Shown: one piece after another, positions 37,465 through 44,443 of the stretch
How the letters are laid out: each line of letters begins with the position of its first letter
Position numbering within the stretch: position 1 is the first letter of the stretch
Assembly (NCBI GenBank): GCA_045632305.1
Contig: JAZQWL010000043.1
Coordinates: forward strand, 917-64,916
Source: Eubacteriales bacterium
Lineage (GTDB): Bacteria; Bacillota; Clostridia; Oscillospirales; CAG-272
Length of the DNA stretch: 64,000 bases
Direction of reading: 5' to 3'
Notes under the pieces: model-generated
The model's input: the letters and a program-made list of their open reading frames with translations, nothing else
Databases searched by the model: none
What the model was told of the DNA's origin: nothing
Program-made: the position numbers and the translations under genes

Positions 37465-39057
37465 TTAATCCTCCACGCCTCTGAGTGACGGGTTGAACGC
37501 GTCACGGAGACCATTACCAAACAAGTTGAAGCAAATCATAAGAAGCGAAATAACAAGTGCTGGGAATATCATCAGGTGAGGATATGTCTGCCAGATGTTA
37601 CTTGCCTCAGAGAGAAGTGTACCGAGAGATGTCATCTTCGCGCCACCAAGGTTTACGATACCGAGGAAGGCAAGCATACTTTCGCTGAAGATAACACCGG
37701 GAATAACAAGCACCGAGGAGGTAACGATAGTACCGAGAGAGTTCGGGAAGATATGCTTCCAGATAATTCTTCTGTCCTTCGCACCGAGAGTTCTCGCCGC
37801 CATAACGTATTCCTGGTTCTTAAATCTGTAGAACTGAGTACGTACGAGTCCCGCAGTGCCGAGCCATCCCGTAAGCACGAACGCAAATATCAAGCTTGGG
37901 ATCGCGCCCACCTTGGTTGCCAGGTGCATCTGGAAGAGCGTCGCAACGACTGTAAACGGAACACCGCCGAGAATTTCAGAAATTCTCTGCATTACGATAT
38001 CTGTTGTGCCGCCGTAGTAACCTTCAATAGCGCCGTAAATAGCACCGAGAATGAAGTTGATGGCGGAAACGATTACAGAAAGTATAAGGGAGAGACGGAT
38101 ACCGATAGCGAGACGGTATGCGAGGTCATAACCCTGAGAGTCTGTACCGAAAAGGAAGCTGGGCTCATTGCCGTTGAGAAATTCGTAGTAGTTGTAGTAA
38201 AGTACACGAACTCTGTACTGGCATGTGTTGGCGTCGCCGCCACCCACGGGCTTGAAGTATACAAGCTCGCCGTTTTCGTCAAGCTCGTAGTTAGGAACGA
38301 GCTCGAAATCCCAACCTGCGGGATTCGCAGGATCAAGTTCCTTGTTGGAGAGCTTTCTTCCGTTTTCCTTTATAGGAGTTCCCTTGTCAGACTTGTACCA
38401 ATAGTTAGCATTGGCAGGATCCAAGTTATATTTATTATCCGCAATAAGAGGATAGAGGATCTGAACGTCAGGATTTTCCTCCTGGAACTTGAGTATCTCG
38501 CGGTATTCGCTCTGTTCGATATCGCGATAGATGAAGCCCTTTTCGAGATAAGTGTTTACACGAATATTGTAAATGGTATTGAATTTGGTGCCTTCTGCCT
38601 TGAGTTCTTCAAGTCCGGAAAGAACGGGCTGATACTTATTTTCTGCTGCTACCGCTTCCTTGAAGGATATAGGATCCTTGGAAACGTTCTGCGCGCCGAT
38701 ACCCGTGGCATAGTAAGAAATGAGAGACTTATAACCGGGCTGTCTTGACGCAGATCCGTCGGCAATACCGTGCTCAGAGAGAGCGGGAATGTAGGGGCCC
38801 ATTTTTGCAAAGTAGGGGTCAAGCTTTGTACCTGTCTCCGTCTTGTTGAAGAAAGGAACGATGATAGCGAAGAGAATGATGAAAATAATGATGATGGACG
38901 CAACGATGGATGCCTTGTTCTTGCGGAATCTGAGGAATGCATCCTTGAAGTAGCCGATGGGCTTGTCCGAGAACTTGACGTCGTGAATGCGGTCGTCATT
39001 ATTTACAAATTCAAATTTTTCCTTGGGGATATTGTTAATATAATTCTGATTATTCAT
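37465..39057 (-). CDS. oppC: Oligopeptide ABC permease OppC (large extracytoplasmic insertion)
   Basis: YFKDAFLRFRKNK N-terminus, FGTDSQGYD, EAA loop, NLFGNGLRDAFNP. Confidence 0.92.
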   Translation of the reverse strand: MNNQNYINNIPKEKFEFVNNDDRIHDVKFSDKPIGYFKDAFLRFRKNKASIVASIIIIFIILFAIIVPFFNKTETGTKLDPYFAKMGPYIPALSEHGIADGSASRQPGYKSLISYYATGIGAQNVSKDPISFKEAVAAENKYQPVLSGLEELKAEGTKFNTIYNIRVNTYLEKGFIYRDIEQSEYREILKFQEENPDVQILYPLIADNKYNLDPANANYWYKSDKGTPIKENGRKLSNKELDPANPAGWDFELVPNYELDENGELVYFKPVGGGDANTCQYRVRVLYYNYYEFLNGNEPSFLFGTDSQGYDLAYRLAIGIRLSLILSVIVSAINFILGAIYGAIEGYYGGTTDIVMQRISEILGGVPFTVVATLFQMHLATKVGAIPSLIFAFVLTGWLGTAGLVRTQFYRFKNQEYVMAARTLGAKDRRIIWKHIFPNSLGTIVTSSVLVIPGVIFSESMLAFLGIVNLGGAKMTSLGTLLSEASNIWQTYPHLMIFPALVISLLMICFNLFGNGLRDAFNPSLRGVED

Positions 39058-39058
39058 A

Positions 39059-40024
39059 TTACTTTTCCCCCATTCTGATTCTAGGATCGATAAATCCGTA
39101 GCTCAAGTCCACAACGATGCCCGAAAGGAGACCTACGGCTGTATAGAAGATGGTATCCATCATAAACAAGTCGTAGTCACGCGTAAGTATGGACTGCAGG
39201 TAAAGCGCGCCTACGCCGGGGATCGAGAAGATCTGTTCGATGATCATAGAACCGCCGATAATACCGATAAAGCTCGAAAGGATCGAAGGAAGGATCGGAA
39301 CCATCGCGTTCTTGAGCGCGTGACGAACGGTCGCCTGAGAACGTGTAAGACCCTTTGTTCTTGCTAAGAGCATGTAGTCGGACGTAAGTGTTTCTGTAAG
39401 CTCGGCTCTTGTAAAACGGCAAAGTCCTGCTACTGTACCGAAGGACAATGCTAATACAGGAAGAACCATGGAATAAAGCATTTTGCCGGTGAACCAAGTT
39501 CCACCCGCGTCATAAAGTGAGTAAATGGTCTGGGGGAACCAGCCGAGCTTAAAGTAGAATATATACTGTACAAGGAACGCGTAAACGTAGGACGGAACCG
39601 ATACGAATACGATTACGAGTGTACTGATAACGTGGTCCTGCCACTTATTTTTCTTAATTGCAGCTAAAATACCGAAAGCAATTCCGATCGGTATAGAGAA
39701 TATAAGAGAGTACAGATTTACCAATATCGTAGGAGGCATTCTGTTGAAAAGAAGCTCCGCAACGTCCGCCTGCTTCTGTACAAACCAGGACGTACCAAAG
39801 TCAAATTTTGTAAAGATATTTTTTAGATAAATACCAAACTGTACGGGGATGGGCTCGTAATATCCGAGCGCCTCAAATCTCTGCTCATAAACCTTTCTTT
39901 GAGCCGCTGTACCACCTTCGGGGAGGTTGGGGGGCAACAATCTTACGAATACGAAGCATATTGCGGTTATAATGAACAAAGTAAAGAGCATCAAAAGTAC
40001 TCTTTTTAAAACGTATTTTGCCAT
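39059..40024 (-). CDS. oppB: Oligopeptide ABC permease OppB
   Basis: YVLKR, DYMLLARTKGL, IEQIFSIPGVG and IDPRIR motifs. Confidence 0.93.
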   Translation of the reverse strand: MAKYVLKRVLLMLFTLFIITAICFVFVRLLPPNLPEGGTAAQRKVYEQRFEALGYYEPIPVQFGIYLKNIFTKFDFGTSWFVQKQADVAELLFNRMPPTILVNLYSLIFSIPIGIAFGILAAIKKNKWQDHVISTLVIVFVSVPSYVYAFLVQYIFYFKLGWFPQTIYSLYDAGGTWFTGKMLYSMVLPVLALSFGTVAGLCRFTRAELTETLTSDYMLLARTKGLTRSQATVRHALKNAMVPILPSILSSFIGIIGGSMIIEQIFSIPGVGALYLQSILTRDYDLFMMDTIFYTAVGLLSGIVVDLSYGFIDPRIRMGEK

Positions 40025-40092
40025 TTTCTTCTCCTTTTCAGTTATTTTCGCCGAAATATCTAAAATTTGATTTTTCGGCTAACAACCGAAAG

Positions 40093-40128
40093 TTGCAAGC
40101 ACTGGGATTTTACTCCCAATGCTTGCAA
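40093..40128 (-). other. Intergenic stem-loop after oppA (probable mRNA-stabilising or attenuating hairpin)
   Basis: TTGCAAGCACTGGGA...TCCCAATGCTTGCAA inverted repeat. Confidence 0.6.
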
Positions 40129-40153
40129 AATCTAATCAAATCTTAAAATTTAA

Positions 40154-42769
40154 TTAACCTGCGTAGTTAAGTGTGCCACCTTCTTCTGCAACTACCTCTG
40201 CCCATGCAGCATCGTCGTAGTTGTAGCTCATGAGACGGAGACCACCGAAACCGTACATAATGTTGTACTCATTTGTGTAGTATTCCATCTGGAATGTAAG
40301 AAGAGAAGCGATTGTTGTACCGCAAAGAGGAATTCTGTAGAAGAACTTAAGGAATTCTTCTTCCATTGTGGATGTGATCTTGAGCTTTGTAGCGAAGTCA
40401 GCTGTTGCATAACTACCTGTGGAGCAAGCTCTGGACCAATCCTGCCATGTCATTGTTACATCTTCACCGTTGATGTTGATTGTGAGGTTTGTAGCTGCGG
40501 GGTTCCAGCAACCTGTTTCGTTGATCTGACCTGCATACTGTTCTGTATCACAGTAAACCTGCATGTTTCTGAAGGGATAGAATGCAGCACCACCCCATGC
40601 GCCGTAACCGATAGCGTATTCGCCTGCGGGAACTGCGGAGTAACGGTTTTCGATGTTACCGATAGCTTCGAATGTAACTTCACCGAAGCCGGATCCTTCA
40701 ACTGCAGCATTTACAAACTTGTTGATAAGAGCAACCTGCTTGTTATCGTCGGATGTGAGAGCACCCTTAGCCCAACCGATCTGAATCTTAATGGGCTGAC
40801 CTGCTGTGTAAAGACCAGCTGCTACGAGTTCCTGGCAAGCAGTTGCCATGAGTGCCTTTGCCTCTGTGAGGTTGTAGCCGTTGATGGAGTCGTGAGCTTC
40901 CTTAAGTGTCTTGTATGTTTCGCCTTCGCCGTATTTAACGCCGTAGAGGTTAACGATTGCCTTCATAGCTTCTTCAGTGTTTCTGTAGGAAGATGTAGGA
41001 TCGTTGTAAATATCGTAGTGGTAGAGGGAGTTCATAAGAGAGAATGCGGGCTTGTAACCTGTTGTAGCTGTTACGAATTCTTCTCTGTTGATTGCAAGGG
41101 ACATTGCCTTACGGAAGTTGTAGTTGTTAAGAACTACGGAGTTGATGTTCTTTTCTGTTGCATCGAGGTTCTGAAGTGTTTCAAGACCTGTGTTGAAGAA
41201 GAAGGACATTGTGTATGTTTCGTCAACCTTGATAAGCTTATCAGACATTGCGTACTGAGAAAGTTCGTCTGCGGAAGGAGACCACTCGGAGAGCTCGCCC
41301 TTGAGGAACGCGTTCTTCATAGCGTCTTCTGTCATAACGTCGATCTGAACCTTTGTTGTTGTGTACTGACGAACCTTTTCGCCGTCAACAAGGAAGTTAG
41401 TGTAGGAGATAAGGTTACCCTCTTCGTCCTTCTTAGCTGTACCGTCAGCGTTCTTTTCGAAGCCGTACCAGTTTTCGTTCTGAACGAAGATTACCTGCTT
41501 ACCATCCTGGAGAGATTCCATCTTGTACGTACCGTAAGAAATTGTTGTCTCGAGAGATGTGCAGTAGTTAGTTGTGAGGAGACCTTCCTTTTCCTCCAAG
41601 CCAGCTTCATAGAGAGGCTTGTAAACGAGCCATGTGGATGTGCAAGATGTAAGGAAGTAGTTGAGGTCGAGGTAAGACTGACATACATAACGGATTGTGT
41701 AGTCATCAACCTTGTAGCAACCTACTGTGTTGTTGTACGCGTCAAGAGTTGTACCGATTTCGGGGAAATTCTGCTTGTAACCGAGGTAGTTAACAGCATA
41801 TGTTTCATCTTCACCCCAGTCGGGTGTGGAGATAGCTGCAACGAGAAGTGCCCAAGATTCATCTGTAAGAGCAACGTTGCCGTTTTCATCCATGAGTGCC
41901 TTAAGAGCATCGAAGGAAGCGTCTTCGAAGATATCGTAGCCGTATTCACCATAGTATGTGTCCATGAATGTCATGCTTGCTTCAAGGTATGCACAATCAG
42001 AACCTACCATGATCCAAACGGGCTGACCTTCGGAAGTTGTGTACTTACCGTCTGCGCCCTTAACGAGGTCGGATAATACTTCGAATTCTTTTGTGGATCC
42101 GTTATCTACATCAGACATACCTGCGCCCTGGTTGTAGTACTTAAAGCCGCCTGCTACTGCGGATTCACCTGCGTAGTAAAGGTTAGCTCTGTAGTTCTTC
42201 ATCTTGGGGTGGAGGAGCATCATCATAGAGTAGATGTAATCATCTGCTGTGATCTTTACACCGTTTTCCCAAGCTGCGTCGGGGTTAAGCTTGATTTCAT
42301 AAACGAAACCGCTTGTTACTTCGCTGGAAGGAAGCTTGTTGCCTTCGGCGTCTCTGGGAAGCTTAGAACCGTACTTATCGAGGTCGGACTGGTTGTCAGC
42401 TGTTACGTCTGTGATAGATGTAGCCATTTCATATACCCACTGGTATACACCACCGTCAGTAGATGTCTTAATGGACATGTCAACGAAGGGAGAAGAAATG
42501 TAGCTGAGCATGGAGTTGTCTGCGTTAGTTTCCCAGTTGTGGGGGTTCCAAGCAGTACCGAGTGCTGTTGTACCGGACTTGTAAGTGTAGTCGAGCTTTA
42601 CTGTACCGTCGGGATTAACGGGAGTCTGGCCGTCGCCGTTAGAGCCCTGATCGTTGTTCACGGGATTGTCTGTCTTCTTATCTGCGCAGGATGCGAGTGT
42701 TGCACAAACTGCAAGCATCATGATAAGAGCCATAACCAAGCTGAGAACTCTTGTGATAGTCTTGTTCAT
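40154..42769 (-). CDS. oppA: Oligopeptide-binding lipoprotein OppA (SBP family 5, 871 aa)
   Basis: Lipobox LAS-C; WENGVKITADDYIYS and FRKAMSLAINRE motifs; strongly biased codon usage. Confidence 0.9.
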   Translation of the reverse strand: MNKTITRVLSLVMALIMMLAVCATLASCADKKTDNPVNNDQGSNGDGQTPVNPDGTVKLDYTYKSGTTALGTAWNPHNWETNADNSMLSYISSPFVDMSIKTSTDGGVYQWVYEMATSITDVTADNQSDLDKYGSKLPRDAEGNKLPSSEVTSGFVYEIKLNPDAAWENGVKITADDYIYSMMMLLHPKMKNYRANLYYAGESAVAGGFKYYNQGAGMSDVDNGSTKEFEVLSDLVKGADGKYTTSEGQPVWIMVGSDCAYLEASMTFMDTYYGEYGYDIFEDASFDALKALMDENGNVALTDESWALLVAAISTPDWGEDETYAVNYLGYKQNFPEIGTTLDAYNNTVGCYKVDDYTIRYVCQSYLDLNYFLTSCTSTWLVYKPLYEAGLEEKEGLLTTNYCTSLETTISYGTYKMESLQDGKQVIFVQNENWYGFEKNADGTAKKDEEGNLISYTNFLVDGEKVRQYTTTKVQIDVMTEDAMKNAFLKGELSEWSPSADELSQYAMSDKLIKVDETYTMSFFFNTGLETLQNLDATEKNINSVVLNNYNFRKAMSLAINREEFVTATTGYKPAFSLMNSLYHYDIYNDPTSSYRNTEEAMKAIVNLYGVKYGEGETYKTLKEAHDSINGYNLTEAKALMATACQELVAAGLYTAGQPIKIQIGWAKGALTSDDNKQVALINKFVNAAVEGSGFGEVTFEAIGNIENRYSAVPAGEYAIGYGAWGGAAFYPFRNMQVYCDTEQYAGQINETGCWNPAATNLTININGEDVTMTWQDWSRACSTGSYATADFATKLKITSTMEEEFLKFFYRIPLCGTTIASLLTFQMEYYTNEYNIMYGFGGLRLMSYNYDDAAWAEVVAEEGGTLNYAG

Positions 42770-42873
42770 AACAAGGACCTCCTTTGATTTTGTCTTTTGT
42801 CAAGACGTTTTTAATTTTCTTCGAGTGTGTTATTTTAATTGTTAACGGACACTTCGAATAATAATGTAGGGAT

Positions 42874-42902
42874 ATTATATCACAGTATTTTTGATTTTGC
42901 AA
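42874..42902 (-). promoter_or_regulatory. sigmaA promoter of the opp operon
   Basis: Minus strand TTGCAA-17 nt-TATAAT with a TG extension. Confidence 0.75.
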
Positions 42903-43459
42903 GACTTTTTTAAAATTTTTCAAAAAAAATTAAGAATTTTTTAGCGGATATACATTTATACATGAATATGTGTTTATTTATGCATATCTTTGCATAATTG
43001 TGTGATTTTTTTTAAACAAACAATGGTAAATTTGGGTGTTTAATGCCAATCGTATGACCGCATACGATTGTTTTGCGAATGTATTTTGCTATTTTTGTCA
43101 ACAATACAGCATTAATTTTGAATTTAAGCGTTTTTGGTCAAAAACAAGGCGTTTTGCAAGCTCAACGCCAAAAACTTGCAAAAAACTCGAATTTTTTGAG
43201 TTTTGGTGAAATTTGGCGGGAGATATTATGCATAAATCAGATCTGCTTTAACAACATGATATGTGGAGGCGGGGATTTTGCCACCGATTTTGTAAAAAAC
43301 CGCAGTATTATTATTCCCCGCTCTGCTTGATTTTATGTCGTATATTTTTTCGGATTTTTTATTTTTACACGCGTATATATTATATACAATAAAAATGAAG
43401 GGTTTAGCGGGGCTTTTCTGTGGCGTAATGAGTCGCGCAGGGGTGATTAACGCAAAAAG

Positions 43460-43563
43460 GAGTAGCTTCTGCTACTCCGTACGGGCACGATTAAAAAAGA
43501 GTAGCTTCTGCTACTCCGTACGGGCACGATTAAAAAAGAGTAGCTTTTGCTACTCCGTACGGG
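43460..43563. repeat. 39-bp tandem repeat (about 2.7 copies) of terminator hairpin plus tRNA-Glu acceptor fragment
   Basis: GAGTAGCTTCTGCTACTCCGTACGGGCACGATTAAAAAA starting at 43460, 43499 and 43538. Confidence 0.9.
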
Positions 43564-44010
43564 AATCTGAACCGAGATTTGCCACGTTGCTTCCGCAACA
43601 TCAAATGTGGCAAATCAAGAGAAAACGTGGCATTCTCTCCCATTCAAAATGTCTAACTCCGACATTTCTGCACGGTTTTGCCGCGTTGTTTCCGCGAATA
43701 TCAAACATCGAACATAAAATTGTACGGGAATCTGAACCGAGGATTGTCGCGTCGCTTCCGCGACATCAAACGCGTCAATCCGAGAGAATGCGTGGCATTC
43801 TCTCCACGTGGAATCGCCAATGTCTAACACCGACATTGCCGATTCCCAAGGGTGCTCGCGCCTGCGCGAGCAGCAAAAAGAAGAAGGAGTAGCTTCTGCT
43901 ACTCCGTACGGGAATCTGAACCCAAATGTGCGCCGATGCTTATCTTGACCTAAGTTTGTTTTGCGCACATTATATCGCATTCGCGGAGCGAATGCAAGTG
44001 GGTTCGATTC
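43557..44010 (-). repeat. tRNA-Glu-linked array of ~165-184 bp structured units
   Basis: GTACGGGAATCTGAACC at 43557, 43722 and 43906, matching tRNA-Glu 44079-44094 with a 1-nt insertion; the units are rich in hairpins. Confidence 0.85.
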
Positions 44011-44023
44011 GGTAAGATCTTCG

Positions 44024-44069
44024 AAAGACAAAAAACAGAGTAGCTTTTGCTACTCTGTTTTTTTGTCTT
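44024..44069 (-). terminator. Long inverted-repeat terminator immediately after the tRNA-Glu CCA
   Basis: AAAGACAAAAAACAGAGTAGC-TTTT-GCTACTCTGTTTTTTTGTCTTT. Confidence 0.85.
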
Positions 44070-44144
44070 TGGTGACCCGTACGGGAATCGAACCCATGTT
44101 ACAGCCGTGAAAGGGCCGTGTCTTAACCGCTTGACCAACGGGCC
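44070..44144 (-). tRNA. tRNA-Glu (TTC)
   Basis: GGCCCGTTGGTCAAGCGGTTAAGACACGGCCCTTTCACGGCTGTAACATGGGTTCGATTCCCGTACGGGTCACCA cloverleaf with encoded CCA. Confidence 0.97.
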
Positions 44145-44147
44145 TTA

Positions 44148-44224
44148 TGGTAGCGGGAATTGGACTTGAACCCATGACCTACCGGGTATGAACCGGTTGC
44201 TCTAGCCAACTGAGCTATCCCGCC
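44148..44224 (-). tRNA. tRNA-Met (CAT), elongator type
   Basis: GGCGGGATAGCTCAGTTGGCTAGAGCAACCGGTTCATACCCGGTAGGTCATGGGTTCAAGTCCAATTCCCGCTACCA; lacks the initiator C1:A72 mismatch and the GGG/CCC anticodon stem. Confidence 0.93.
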
Positions 44225-44267
44225 ATATTCGTCCGCTCACTTCGGACGTCGTGTTTACGACTGAATT

Positions 44268-44296
44268 ATTATATCACAAAGAAATTTATTTGTCAA
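44268..44296 (-). promoter_or_regulatory. Consensus sigmaA promoter of tRNA-Met/tRNA-Glu
   Basis: Minus strand TTGACA-17 nt-TATAAT with a TG extension and an upstream A/T tract. Confidence 0.85.
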
Positions 44297-44443
44297 TACC
44301 CTTTTCAAAAAAAATCAAAAAAATTTTTCCTCGGTGTCAACAATTCGGGAAAACCCTTTAATTTAAAGGATTTTCCCGTTTTTGTGTAACTTTTCGGCGC
44401 CTCCCCCGATGAAAATTTTCGGGGGATTTTCCAAAAATCGAAT

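Noticed and set aside
42770..43450. oriC in the long AT-rich intergenic region
   Set aside because: I saw no cluster of TTATCCACA-type DnaA boxes by eye, and dnaA/dnaN are not adjacent.
43460..43563. CRISPR array (palindromic repeat with regular period)
   Set aside because: The intervening 13-nt segments are identical and too short, the repeat derives from the tRNA terminator and acceptor stem, and no cas genes are in the window.
43335..43892. 185-aa plus-strand ORF, and overlapping minus-strand ORFs 43615-44031 and 43950-44138
   Set aside because: They are translations of the DNA repeats or the tRNA gene, with no RBS or recognisable domain.
43557..43922. Additional tRNA genes or an intact integrated island at tRNA-Glu
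   Set aside because: Only ~17-19 nt of the tRNA 3' part is repeated, with no D-arm, anticodon arm or CCA. No integrase or cargo gene lies between the copies.
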